Of a DNA stretch of 34,091 bases, positions 8,636-18,844 are shown one piece after another. The position numbers and the translations under genes were made by a program. Every line of letters starts with the position of its first letter. Position 1 is the first letter of the stretch. Below the pieces are notes generated by a model, which was given only the letters and a program-made list of their open reading frames with translations, made no database searches and was not told the origin of the DNA. This stretch comes from an uncultured Eubacteriales bacterium (GTDB lineage Bacteria > Bacillota > Clostridia > Clostridiales > Clostridiaceae). The stretch spans positions 1 to 34,091 of the forward strand of contig ONGV01000097.1 in assembly GCA_900317445.1 (NCBI GenBank). The letters run 5' to 3'.

Positions 8636-9550
8636 TTATTTTATATTATTAAGGGGATTTTCTTTAATTTTAATATATTGTTTTACATTTTTTTGTCCTG
8701 TAATATTTTGAAGTTCCATTTCATCCTCAAGTACATCTCCCATAGCATACATAAAGCTTCCACGAAGGTTTTGAGCAGTATAGGCTTTAGGTAAATTGCA
8801 GTCTATAACAGCTTTTCTAAAGGCCATTTGAAAAGAACGTATAGTTTTTGGAGTACCAAAATTATTTAAAAATAAATATTCAGAGTTAGTTTTAATTGTA
8901 CTTCTTAGGGATAAATAATCTTTTAAATCTGTATATAAGGTATCAACAATAGGAAAAGAAGCTTTTTCATTGTTTATTAAAACATTTAAAAGTTTATTTT
9001 TCATATCAATGTTACTGACTTTTAGTTTAAAAACTTCTGTTACTTTAATTCCACAAGTCATTATAATTTTACATATACAAACTTCACGTATTCCATAATT
9101 ATTTTCTCTAAGCTTACTTAAAATAAGATTAATATCACTATATTTAATATACTCTGGAGGAGTTTGTTCCATTTTTATTTTAGGAACTTGAAGGGAAATA
9201 TTATATTTAAAAATTCCTTCATGATATTTACATATATATTTCATTAAAAGTCTTATAGAAACAAGCTTTGAATTAACTGTTATAGGTTTGTTTTTAATTA
9301 CTTTTCCACAAAACTCTAAAAATTCTTCAATGTCTTTTTCTGTAAGGTCTTTAATTTTAAAGTCAGTATCTTTATATTTTAAATATAAAAATTTATCAAA
9401 TAGATGAATATTATAATAGACCACTTTATAAGAGTCATAATTATATTTTTCTACACACTTATCTAAATGTATTTTATATTTATATAAGTATTCACTTAAA
9501 ACATAATCAACTGTAGGGTAATTTTCAAATTCAGCTTTAGTTAAATTCAT
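8636..9550 (-). CDS. XerC/D-like tyrosine recombinase-fold protein with degenerate active site
   Basis: SAM-like N domain (TVNSKLVSIRLLMKY), box I REVCICKIIMTCGIKVTEVFKLKVSNID, YLFLN, box II TAQNLRGSF...LQNITGQKNVKQY. SD GAGGTG. Confidence 0.82.
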   Translation of the reverse strand: MNLTKAEFENYPTVDYVLSEYLYKYKIHLDKCVEKYNYDSYKVVYYNIHLFDKFLYLKYKDTDFKIKDLTEKDIEEFLEFCGKVIKNKPITVNSKLVSIRLLMKYICKYHEGIFKYNISLQVPKIKMEQTPPEYIKYSDINLILSKLRENNYGIREVCICKIIMTCGIKVTEVFKLKVSNIDMKNKLLNVLINNEKASFPIVDTLYTDLKDYLSLRSTIKTNSEYLFLNNFGTPKTIRSFQMAFRKAVIDCNLPKAYTAQNLRGSFMYAMGDVLEDEMELQNITGQKNVKQYIKIKENPLNNIK

Positions 9551-9689
9551 AATATCACCTCATTTTAAAAATAAATATAATAATATTATAACAGATTAAT
9601 ATGCGAAAGTAATTATATAAAATATATATGAAATTTTACTAAAGAATAGTAAAATGTTAGTAGTATTAAATTAGAAATGGGGTGTAAAG

Positions 9690-10031
9690 ATGAAAAAAAG
9701 ATTAGAAGATTACATAAAGCATATGGATGAAATTCTTAAGAAAGAAAATATTGATTATGAAGAAGAAATAAAAAAACATTTAGTTCAAATTTCATTTTTT
9801 CAACATGAAAGGTTAATTCACTTAATTGTAACAGGAATTTTTGCAATTATGACTTTAATTATTTTTTTATATGCTTTAATTAATACAACCTTAATGATAA
9901 TAATTTTAACAGGACTTTTTTTAACATTATTAATTCCTTACATAAGACATTATTATATATTAGAAAATGGAGTACAGTATATGTACAAGCAATATGATAA
10001 ATTAATTGAAATGAAAAAAATAAGAAAATAA
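9690..10031 (+). CDS. Small two-TM conserved hypothetical membrane protein
   Basis: 113 aa with two hydrophobic segments flanked by FFQHERLIHL and HYYILENGVQ. SD GGGGTG; own terminator. Confidence 0.8.
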   Translation: MKKRLEDYIKHMDEILKKENIDYEEEIKKHLVQISFFQHERLIHLIVTGIFAIMTLIIFLYALINTTLMIIILTGLFLTLLIPYIRHYYILENGVQYMYKQYDKLIEMKKIRK

Positions 10032-10062
10032 CCATAGCTTTTTATAAACTATGGTTATTTTT
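10026..10062 (+). terminator. Intrinsic terminator
   Basis: AAAATAACCATAG / CTATGGTTATTTT. Confidence 0.8.
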
Positions 10063-10202
10063 GTGTTAAAAATAGATATTTTTGTATTATTGATAAAAAA
10101 GAAAAATAATATTATAATGCACTTAGAATAATTATTATAATGATTTTTTAAAAATAAATAATACAATAATAACTTTTAGCTACTTAGTAGAGAGGAAAGA
10201 AT

Positions 10203-11105
10203 ATGAGGGAAAATGAGTTTATGAATTTAAAAGAAAATAAAAAACATGGGAATTTTTTATTGCCATTTATAGTGTATAACACATTTATACCAAGTTGTTT
10301 TTCTATATTTCCAATGCATTGGCATGATGAAATGGAGATTATTAAAATTGTTAAGGGAAAATTTATAGTTAATATTAATCTTAAGGATTATATTGTAGAA
10401 GAGGGAGATATAGTAATTTTAAAACCATGTACCTTACATTCCTTTAAGCAATATGAAAATGAAAAGATGGTATCTAAAACCATGATGTTTGATTTAAGTA
10501 TGTTAAATAGTAATGTTACAGATGCTTGTTCAATAAAATATTTTACTCCTTTTTTAGATAATAAGGTTTCTTATCCTAACATAATAAAACCTAGTGATAA
10601 AGGATATAAAAATATAAAAGGATGTATTGATAAATTATTTTTATGTTATAAAGAAAAAAATCAATTCTTTGAGCTTCAGTTAAAAAGTTATTTATTTGAA
10701 CTTTTTTATATTTTTTTTGAAGAATCTTTTGAAATACATAATTATTCAACAAAAATTAAAGATAATACAATAGATAATATAAAAACTGTTTTAGAGTATA
10801 TAAAATTAAATTATATGAAAGAAATAACCATTAAAGATTTAGCAAATATTATTAATTTTAGTGAACATTATTTTATGAAATTCTTTAAAAAATATATGGG
10901 GATAACTTGTGTTGATTATATTAATGACTATAGGCTTAATATAGCAACTAACTTATTAGAAACTACAGATATTCCAATAATGGAAATAGCAAATAAAGTA
11001 GGAGTTAGTAATGTTTCTTACTTTAATAGAATATTTAAAAAGAAATTTAATTTAACACCAAAAGAATATAGAAAAAATTTAAAAAACATTAAGATGGAGG
11101 ATTAA
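10203..11105 (+). CDS. AraC-family transcriptional regulator (cupin + HTH)
   Basis: HWHDEMEII cupin motif; C-terminal SEHYFMKFFKK...IANKVGVSNVSYFNRIFKKKFNLTPKEYR. Confidence 0.93.
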   Translation: MRENEFMNLKENKKHGNFLLPFIVYNTFIPSCFSIFPMHWHDEMEIIKIVKGKFIVNINLKDYIVEEGDIVILKPCTLHSFKQYENEKMVSKTMMFDLSMLNSNVTDACSIKYFTPFLDNKVSYPNIIKPSDKGYKNIKGCIDKLFLCYKEKNQFFELQLKSYLFELFYIFFEESFEIHNYSTKIKDNTIDNIKTVLEYIKLNYMKEITIKDLANIINFSEHYFMKFFKKYMGITCVDYINDYRLNIATNLLETTDIPIMEIANKVGVSNVSYFNRIFKKKFNLTPKEYRKNLKNIKMED

Positions 11106-11109
11106 TTTT

Positions 11110-12462
11110 ATGAAAGGGAAAGAACTAAAAATAAATGAAAAAACATCTTTATTTCACTTAACTTGGCCAATATTTATTGAATCCCTTCTTGCTATGCTTA
11201 TAGGAAATGTTGACTCCCTTATGCTTAGTAATTATTCAGAAACTGCTGTTGGTGGAATAGGTAATGCAAATCAAATATTATACTTTCTTACACTAGCTTT
11301 TAGTATAATAGCAAGTGCTTCAGGAGTAGTTGTAGCACAATATTTAGGAGCAAAGTTAAAGGATAAAATAAGTGAAATATATACAGTTTCAATTTTCTTT
11401 AATTTAGTTATAAGTGGAATTATAAGTTTAATAATATTTTTATTTAGCTCTTTAATATTTAAAATTATGAAAGTTCCAGCAGAGCTTTTACCAGATGCAA
11501 CAAGCTATATGAAAATATTAGGTGGTTTTATATTTTTACAAGCACTTTTTAATGTATTTGCTCAAATTTTTAGAAGTAATGGATTAACTAAGGTAGGTAT
11601 GTATATTTCTCTTGCAGTAAATATATTAAATATTATAGGAAACTATATATTCTTATATGGACCTTTAAGTTTTTTAGATTTAGGAGTAACAGGAGTAGCT
11701 ATTTCAAGTGTATTTAGTAGATTTATAGCTGTTATTATAGCAATTTATTTCTTTGTTAAACATATTGAAGGTACTATTTCTTTAAAATATTTAAAGCCTT
11801 TTCCAATAAAAACTTTAAAGAAGCTTTTAAAAATAGGTATACCAACAGCAGGAGAGAGTATTTCATATAGTATATCCCAATTATTTATTATGTCTTTTGT
11901 TAATGTTTTAGGACTAGTTGCAGTAAATGCAAAGGTATATTCATCACTTTTAAGTAATTTTTGTTATCTTTACTCAACAGCAGTAGCTCAAGCTACACAA
12001 ATTATTGTTGGACATTGTGTTGGAGCAGGAAATGAAGATGGAGCTTATAGAAGAGTTTTAAAAACATTAAAATCTGCTATAGTTATTTCTGTAGGGATGG
12101 CAACATTAATGTATTTTATAAGTCCATATGCTCTTAGAATTTTTACAAGAAATGAAGAAATTTTAACTTTAGGTTCTAAAGTTATGCTTATTGGAATTAT
12201 ATTAGAAATTGGACGTTCAACAAATTTAGTAGTAATAAACAGTATGAGAGCAGCAGGGGATATAAAATTCCCAACTTACTTAGGAATGGCATCAATGTGG
12301 GGTGTTTCAGTATTATTTAGTTATATATTTGGTATAAAATTAGGACTAGGTCTTGTTGGAATATGGATAGCAATGGCTATGGATGAATGTATAAGAGGAA
12401 TTATAGTACTTATAAGATGGAAGAAAGGAACTTGGAGAGGAAAAAGCGTTGTAACAAAATAA
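11110..12462 (+). CDS. MATE-family efflux transporter
   Basis: 450-aa polytopic protein with LTWPIFIE, VDSLML, VAQYLGA, LGVTGVAISS, RAAGD, GIWIAM, RWKKGTW. Starts 4 nt after the araC stop, with SD GGAGG inside araC (operon). Confidence 0.92.
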   Translation: MKGKELKINEKTSLFHLTWPIFIESLLAMLIGNVDSLMLSNYSETAVGGIGNANQILYFLTLAFSIIASASGVVVAQYLGAKLKDKISEIYTVSIFFNLVISGIISLIIFLFSSLIFKIMKVPAELLPDATSYMKILGGFIFLQALFNVFAQIFRSNGLTKVGMYISLAVNILNIIGNYIFLYGPLSFLDLGVTGVAISSVFSRFIAVIIAIYFFVKHIEGTISLKYLKPFPIKTLKKLLKIGIPTAGESISYSISQLFIMSFVNVLGLVAVNAKVYSSLLSNFCYLYSTAVAQATQIIVGHCVGAGNEDGAYRRVLKTLKSAIVISVGMATLMYFISPYALRIFTRNEEILTLGSKVMLIGIILEIGRSTNLVVINSMRAAGDIKFPTYLGMASMWGVSVLFSYIFGIKLGLGLVGIWIAMAMDECIRGIIVLIRWKKGTWRGKSVVTK

Positions 12463-12471
12463 TTTTTAAAT

Positions 12472-12510
12472 AAAAAAAGTTGTCGTATTTTAAATACGGC
12501 AACCTTTTTT
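12472..12510. terminator. Bidirectional terminator
   Basis: A tract, GTTGTCGTATT / AATACGGCAAC, T tract, between convergent genes. Confidence 0.8.
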
Positions 12511-12513
12511 AAT

Positions 12514-13890
12514 TTAGTTTAAAATTCTTCTTGCTCTCCAGAATTTATAAACTGGAGCAACCTTTACTACATCTCCGGTTTGTGGAGCATGAATCATTTG
12601 TCCATTACCTATATATATTCCAACATGTCCAGCGTGAGGGAATACTAAATCTCCAGGTTGTAATTCAGAATAAGATACCTCACGGCCAGAGCCTATTTGA
12701 GAATAGGTATCGCCACCTATCCATATACCTGTAACTGTTTTATAAACATAAGATGTAAATCCTGAACAATCAAAGTTATCAGGTCCTTTTGCACCCCAAA
12801 CATAAGCTTTTCCTAAATGTTTATAAGCTTCATTTACTATTGCTTGAGCACTTCCACTAGTTGTAATACCAGATGAGCTTGATGAATCTGATGAACTTGA
12901 AGAATTTGAATTTGAATTTGAATTAGATGAAGAAGAGTTTGAACTTGAGTTAGATGAACTACTGTCACCTCTATTAATTTGACTTTGTCTTTCTTCTTCT
13001 TCTCTTTGTAATTGAGCTTGTCTTTCAGCTTCTTCAGCTTTCTTTCTTTCCTCTTCAGCCTTCTTTTCTTCTCTTACAGGCTTTGCATATTCAATAGCAT
13101 CATTGATTTTTTCTTCTACAGTAGGGCTTTTAATTTGATTATCTCTAACTAATCTTAAATTAGTTATTGCATTATCTAAATCTGTATAAGAACTGTCTGA
13201 ATTATAACAAACGTCTATTTGAGCTTGTACTAACTCTAATTCTAAAACAGATAGATATTCAGCATCAAATTTTTCTTGCTCTTCTTTAGCTTTAGCTACA
13301 AGATTTTCTTGCTCAGCCTTATTTTCTTCAACTTCTTTAGATTGTTTTTTAACTTCTTCATTAAGAGCTTCAGTTTCAGAAACTTTTTCATCTAAAGATG
13401 CTACCTTTTCATCTAGTGACTTCTTTGTATTTTTTACATCTTCAATCATTTCTTGATCTAATTGAACTACTTTATTAGCAGCATTTATTTTAGATATTAA
13501 ATCTCCAAAGCTTTGAGCACTAAATATTAAGGTTATGTAATCAGTTGTTCCGCCAGATTTATAGATTTCTCTAAGTCTTTCTCCTAGAATATCTTCTTTA
13601 TCTGCAATATCTTGTTTAACCTTTTCTATTTCTTTTTCAGTAAGCTCTATTTGATCATTAAGATTTTCAATTTCTCTTTGATTATTTTCCATTTCATTAG
13701 TTAACTTTACCATTTCGCTATCTAATGTTTGAATCTTTTCATTTATCTCTGCAATATTAGCTTCAATAGCAGCATATTTATTTCTAGCATCCTCAACTTC
13801 TTGTGGTGTTGCACTTACAGATACTATTGGTAATAATGATGATATGGTCATAACTCCTATAATAACCATAGATATAAATTTTTTCTTCAT
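12514..13890 (-). CDS. Secreted NlpC/P60 peptidoglycan endopeptidase, PcsB/CwlO-like coiled-coil architecture
   Basis: Signal peptide, long coiled coil (RLREIYKSG), Ser/Asn linker, YVWGAKGPDNFDCSGF, HVGIYIGNGQMIHAP. Confidence 0.92.
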   Translation of the reverse strand: MKKKFISMVIIGVMTISSLLPIVSVSATPQEVEDARNKYAAIEANIAEINEKIQTLDSEMVKLTNEMENNQREIENLNDQIELTEKEIEKVKQDIADKEDILGERLREIYKSGGTTDYITLIFSAQSFGDLISKINAANKVVQLDQEMIEDVKNTKKSLDEKVASLDEKVSETEALNEEVKKQSKEVEENKAEQENLVAKAKEEQEKFDAEYLSVLELELVQAQIDVCYNSDSSYTDLDNAITNLRLVRDNQIKSPTVEEKINDAIEYAKPVREEKKAEEERKKAEEAERQAQLQREEEERQSQINRGDSSSSNSSSNSSSSNSNSNSNSSSSSDSSSSSGITTSGSAQAIVNEAYKHLGKAYVWGAKGPDNFDCSGFTSYVYKTVTGIWIGGDTYSQIGSGREVSYSELQPGDLVFPHAGHVGIYIGNGQMIHAPQTGDVVKVAPVYKFWRARRILN

Positions 13891-13965
13891 TAATATACGG
13901 GTCTTGTTTTGACCTTCCTCCCTTCATATTTAAATTGAGTGATATAAAACACTCTTACAAGTACA

Positions 13966-13994
13966 AGAATACTACAAAATTAATATCAAATCAA
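13966..13994 (-). promoter_or_regulatory. Putative sigma-A promoter of the NlpC/P60 gene
   Basis: Minus strand TTGATT-N17-TATTCT. Confidence 0.4.
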
Positions 13995-14197
13995 GAAGAA
14001 GGAGCAGTTTTTTAATAAATTATCATGGAAAAACCACTAGTATATGGATAAAAAGTAAACTATCAACCAAAAATAAAGAGGTTTTAAATAGTATATTAAG
14101 TTATTAAGGACATTCATTTAAATAAAAAGATTTTAGAAAAAATTTCTTAAAAAAATAAAGTTTTCTAAAAAAAAACTTAAATTATTTAAAAAAACTA

Positions 14198-14226
14198 TTT
14201 ACATATTAGAAAAAATAATGTATATT
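14198..14226 (+). promoter_or_regulatory. Putative sigma-A promoter of gltBD
   Basis: TTTACA-N17-TATATT, about 50 nt upstream of the start. Confidence 0.5.
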
Positions 14227-14277
14227 TTAAATAAGTTAAAATTAAAAACAAAAAAACATTGAAAGGACTAAATGCTT

Positions 14278-17200
14278 ATGGATCAAAATAAAAATTTAGA
14301 AAGCAATGGCGCTTTAGGAATGTACAGTCCACAGTTTGAGCATGATAATTGTGGTATAGGAGCTATAGTCAATATAAAGGGTATTAAAACTCATGAGACC
14401 GTAGCAAATGCATTAAAGATTGTTGAAAATTTAGAACATAGAGCCGGCAAAGATGCCGAGGGAAAGACTGGAGACGGAGTAGGTATTCTATTACAGATAT
14501 CACATAAATTCTTCGTTAAAGCAGTTGAATCCCTCGGCATTTTTTTGGGTAATGAAAGAGATTATGGAATAGGGATGTTCTTCTTCCCACAAGATGAATT
14601 AAAAAGAAATCAAGCAAAGAAAATGTTTGAAATAATAGTTGAAAAAGAAGGCTTAGAATTTTTAGGCTGGAGAGAAGTTCCAACAGACCCTTCAGTTTTA
14701 GGAAGCAAGGCAATTGATTGTATGCCATGTATAATGCAAGGATTTGTAAAAAGACCTAAAAATGTTAAGCAAGGTTTAGATTTTGATAGAAAGCTTTATA
14801 TAGCTCGTAGAGTTTTTGAACAAAGTAATGATAATACTTATGTGGTTTCTTTATCAAGCCGTACAATAGTATATAAAGGAATGTTTTTAGTTGGACAATT
14901 ACGTTTATTCTTTAAGGATTTACAAAGTCCTGATTATGAATCAGCTATAGCAATGGTTCATTCACGTTTCTCAACTAATACAAATCCTAGTTGGCAAAGG
15001 GCACATCCAAACAGATTTATGGTACATAATGGTGAAATTAATACCATTCGTGGAAATGCTGATAAAATGCTTGCAAGAGAAGAAACTATGTCATCTGAAT
15101 ATTTAAAAGATGAAATGTCTAAGGTTTTACCAGTAATAAATTCAGAAGGTTCAGACTCTGCAATGCTTGATAATACATTAGAGTTCTTAGTAATGAGTGG
15201 AATGGAATTACCTCTTGCAGTTATGATTACAATTCCAGAACCATGGAGTGGAGAAAATAATATAAGCCAAACTAAGAAAGATTTCTATCAATATTATGCA
15301 ACTATGATGGAACCATGGGATGGACCAGCTTCAATATTATTTAGTGATGGAGATATAATGGGAGCAGTTCTTGATAGAAATGGACTTAGACCTTCTCGTT
15401 ACTATATAACTGATGATGATTATTTAATACTTTCATCAGAAGTTGGTGTTTTAGATATAGACCCAGCTAAGATAGTTTTAAAAGATAGATTAAGACCAGG
15501 AAAAATGCTTCTTGTAGATACTGTTAAGGGTGAACTTATAGATGATGATGTATTAAAAGAACGTTATGCTTCAAGACAACCTTATGGTGAATGGTTAGAC
15601 AATAATCTTTTAAGACTTAAGGATTTAAAAATACCTAATAAAAAGGTACAAGAATATTCTAAAGAAGAAAGAGCAAGACTTCAAAAAGCCTTTGGATATA
15701 CTTATGAAGACTTTAAAACTTCTATACTTCCAATGGCTAAAAATGGAGCAGAGTCAGTTGCTGCAATGGGTGTAGATAGCCCAATACCAGTACTTTCAAA
15801 AATGCATCAACCATTATTTAATTACTTTAAGCAATTATTTGCTCAAGTAACAAATCCACCAATAGATGCAATAAGAGAAGAAATAGTTACTTCAACTTCT
15901 GTATATATAGGAGAAGATGGAAATTTATTAGAAGAATGTCCAGAAAATTGTAGAGTATTAAAGATTAATAATCCAATACTTACTAGTACAGATTTATTAA
16001 AAATTAAAACTATGGATGTTGAAGGATTTAAAGTAAGAGTTATTCCAATACTTTACTATAAAAATACAAGCTTAGAAAAGGCAATTGAACATTTATTTGT
16101 AGAAGCAGATAGAGCTTATAGAGATGGAGCTAATATATTAATATTATCTGACCGTGGAGTAGATGAAAACCACGTTGCAATACCTTCATTATTAGCTGTA
16201 TCAGCTCTTCAACAACACTTAGTTAAAACTAAGAAGAGAACAGCTGTAGCTATGATACTTGAAAGTGGAGAACCAAGAGAAGTTCATCATTTTGCAACAC
16301 TTTTAGGTTATGGTGCATGTGCAATTAATCCTTATTTAGCACAAGATAGCATTAAGCAATTAATAGATAATAACATGTTAGATAAAGATTACTATGCTGC
16401 AGTAAATGATTATAATGATGCAGTACTTCATGGAATTGTAAAGATAGCTTCTAAAATGGGTATATCTACAATTCAAAGTTATCAAGGCTCTCAAATATTT
16501 GAAGCAATTGGTATAAATTCAGATGTAATAAATAAATACTTCACAAATACAGTAAGTAGAATAGAAGGAATAAGTTTAAAGGATATAGAAAATGATGTTG
16601 ATTACTTACATTCATCAGCTTTTGATCCACTAGAGCTTAAGGTTGATTTAACATTAGATAGTGTTGGAAGCCATAAGTTTAGAAGTGGAAAAGAAGAACA
16701 TTTATATAATCCAAAGACAATTCATCTTTTACAACAAGCTACAAGAACTGGAGATTATGAATTATTTAAAGAATATACATCTTTAATTAATAAAGAAACA
16801 ACTCCTATGAATTTAAGAGGATTATTAGAATTTAATTATCCAGAAGAAGGAATTCCAATAGAACAAGTAGAAAGTGTTGATTCTATTGTAAAAAGATTTA
16901 AAACTGGTGCTATGAGTTATGGTTCTATTTCAAAGGAAGCCCATGAAACATTAGCTATTGCTATGAACACTATTCATGGTAAATCAAATAGTGGTGAAGG
17001 TGGAGAAGATTTAGAAAGATTAACTGTTGGACCAGATGGACTTAACAGATGTTCTGCAATTAAGCAAGTTGCATCAGGGAGATTTGGAGTTACTTCAAAA
17101 TATCTTACAAGTGCAAAAGAAATTCAAATTAAAATGGCACAAGGTGCAAAACCAGGTGAAGGTGGACAACTTCCAGCAGGAAAGGTATATCCATGGATAG

Positions 17201-18831
17201 CAAAAACTAGACACTCAACTCCTGGAGTAGGTTTAATATCACCACCACCACATCATGATATTTACTCAATAGAAGATTTAGCTCAACTAATTTATGACTG
17301 TAAAAATGCAAATAAAGATGCAAGAATATCAGTAAAATTAGTTTCAGAAGCTGGTGTTGGTACAGTAGCTGCTGGTGTTGCAAAAGCTGGGGCTCAAGTA
17401 ATTTTAGTATCAGGTTATGATGGAGGAACAGGTGCTGCTCCAAGAAACTCTATTTATAATGCTGGACTTCCATGGGAACTTGGCTTAGCAGAAACTCATC
17501 AAACATTAATAAAGAATGGATTAAGAAATAAAGTTATTATTGAAACTGATGGTAAGCTTATGAGTGGACGTGATGTTGCAATTGCAGCACTTTTAGGAGC
17601 AGAAGAATTTGGATTTGCTACAGCACCACTTGTTACTTTAGGATGTGTAATGATGAGAGTTTGTAACTTAGATACATGTCCAGTTGGTATAGCTACTCAA
17701 AATCCAGAACTTAGAAAGAGATTTAAAGGTAAGCCAGAGTATGTAATAAACTTTATGAGATTTATTGCAGAAGAATTAAGAGAATATATGGCAAAACTTG
17801 GAGTTAGAACTGTTGATGAATTAGTAGGAAGAACTGATTTATTAAGACAAAGAACAGATATTGAAGGTAATGCTAGCAAAGTAAACCTATCAAAGATATT
17901 AAATAACCCATTTGCAGGAGAAGACTATAGTATTCACTACAATGATAAGCAAGTTTATGATTTTGAACTTGAAAAGACTGTAGATGAAAGAGTACTTCTT
18001 AAGAAATTAAAATCTGCAATACAAAATAAGCAAAAGAGAAAAGTTGAAATAGATGTTACAAACATTGATAGAACTTTAGGAACTATATTAGGTTCTGAAA
18101 TAACTAAGAAATATTATAATACTTTAGATGATGATTTATTTACTGTTAAATGTCATGGTAGTGGCGGACAAAGCTTTGGTGCTTTCATTCCTAAGGGATT
18201 AACTTTAGAACTTGTAGGAGATAGTAATGACTATTTTGGTAAGGGATTATCTGGTGGTAACTTAGTTGTATACCCTCAATCTAATGTTAAATTTAAAGAA
18301 GATGAAAATATTATAATAGGTAACGTTGCTTTATATGGAGCTACAAGTGGTAAGGCATTTATAAATGGAGTTGCAGGGGAAAGATTCTGTGTTAGAAACT
18401 CAGGGGCAACTGCTGTTGTTGAAGGTGTTGGAGAACATGGTTGTGAATATATGACAGGAGGAAGAGTTGTAATACTAGGTAAGACTGGTAAAAACTTTGC
18501 TGCTGGTATGAGTGGTGGTATAGCTTATGTTCTTGATGAAGATAGAGATTTATATACAAGATTAAATAAGAGCCTTGTTTCTTTAGAAGCTGTAACATCA
18601 AAATATGATGTTTTAGAACTTAAAGAGTTAATACAAGAACATGTTGAACGTACAAATTCAACAAAGGGTAAAGAAATACTAGATAACTTTGGAGATTACC
18701 TACCTAAGTTTAAGAAAATAATACCACATGATTATAAGCGTATGCTTAATGCTATTGTTCAAATGGAAGAAAAGGGCTTAAGCTCAGAACAAGCACAAAT
18801 TGAAGCATTCTATGCTAATACAAGAAAGTAG
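14278..18831 (+). CDS. gltB: Glutamate synthase large subunit
   Basis: EHDNCGIG (Ntn Cys), HSRFSTNT, HNGEIN, MSYGSIS, KMAQGAKPGEGG, CVMMRVCNLDTCP (3Fe-4S), GXGXG domain. ATG 14278 fits SD AAAGGA better than ATG 14272. Confidence 0.98.
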   Translation: MDQNKNLESNGALGMYSPQFEHDNCGIGAIVNIKGIKTHETVANALKIVENLEHRAGKDAEGKTGDGVGILLQISHKFFVKAVESLGIFLGNERDYGIGMFFFPQDELKRNQAKKMFEIIVEKEGLEFLGWREVPTDPSVLGSKAIDCMPCIMQGFVKRPKNVKQGLDFDRKLYIARRVFEQSNDNTYVVSLSSRTIVYKGMFLVGQLRLFFKDLQSPDYESAIAMVHSRFSTNTNPSWQRAHPNRFMVHNGEINTIRGNADKMLAREETMSSEYLKDEMSKVLPVINSEGSDSAMLDNTLEFLVMSGMELPLAVMITIPEPWSGENNISQTKKDFYQYYATMMEPWDGPASILFSDGDIMGAVLDRNGLRPSRYYITDDDYLILSSEVGVLDIDPAKIVLKDRLRPGKMLLVDTVKGELIDDDVLKERYASRQPYGEWLDNNLLRLKDLKIPNKKVQEYSKEERARLQKAFGYTYEDFKTSILPMAKNGAESVAAMGVDSPIPVLSKMHQPLFNYFKQLFAQVTNPPIDAIREEIVTSTSVYIGEDGNLLEECPENCRVLKINNPILTSTDLLKIKTMDVEGFKVRVIPILYYKNTSLEKAIEHLFVEADRAYRDGANILILSDRGVDENHVAIPSLLAVSALQQHLVKTKKRTAVAMILESGEPREVHHFATLLGYGACAINPYLAQDSIKQLIDNNMLDKDYYAAVNDYNDAVLHGIVKIASKMGISTIQSYQGSQIFEAIGINSDVINKYFTNTVSRIEGISLKDIENDVDYLHSSAFDPLELKVDLTLDSVGSHKFRSGKEEHLYNPKTIHLLQQATRTGDYELFKEYTSLINKETTPMNLRGLLEFNYPEEGIPIEQVESVDSIVKRFKTGAMSYGSISKEAHETLAIAMNTIHGKSNSGEGGEDLERLTVGPDGLNRCSAIKQVASGRFGVTSKYLTSAKEIQIKMAQGAKPGEGGQLPAGKVYPWIAKTRHSTPGVGLISPPPHHDIYSIEDLAQLIYDCKNANKDARISVKLVSEAGVGTVAAGVAKAGAQVILVSGYDGGTGAAPRNSIYNAGLPWELGLAETHQTLIKNGLRNKVIIETDGKLMSGRDVAIAALLGAEEFGFATAPLVTLGCVMMRVCNLDTCPVGIATQNPELRKRFKGKPEYVINFMRFIAEELREYMAKLGVRTVDELVGRTDLLRQRTDIEGNASKVNLSKILNNPFAGEDYSIHYNDKQVYDFELEKTVDERVLLKKLKSAIQNKQKRKVEIDVTNIDRTLGTILGSEITKKYYNTLDDDLFTVKCHGSGGQSFGAFIPKGLTLELVGDSNDYFGKGLSGGNLVVYPQSNVKFKEDENIIIGNVALYGATSGKAFINGVAGERFCVRNSGATAVVEGVGEHGCEYMTGGRVVILGKTGKNFAAGMSGGIAYVLDEDRDLYTRLNKSLVSLEAVTSKYDVLELKELIQEHVERTNSTKGKEILDNFGDYLPKFKKIIPHDYKRMLNAIVQMEEKGLSSEQAQIEAFYANTRK

Positions 18832-18844
18832 GAGGTAGGAAAAT

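Noticed and set aside
10100-10145. PerR/Fur-like box (GAATAATTATTATAA) upstream of araC
   Set aside because: An almost pure A/T motif in an extremely AT-rich spacer; indistinguishable from chance or tandem -10 elements.
12860-12970. Repetitive GAATTT/GATGAA tract as a possible array
   Set aside because: It encodes the Ser/Asn linker of the NlpC/P60 protein; no repeat-spacer structure. No CRISPR array was found anywhere in the window.
13891-14100. Riboswitch (c-di-AMP/c-di-GMP) or WalR boxes upstream of the NlpC/P60 gene
   Set aside because: No recognisable aptamer consensus; the TGTAGT-N5-TGTACT repeat mismatches the WalR consensus in both halves and overlaps the putative -10.
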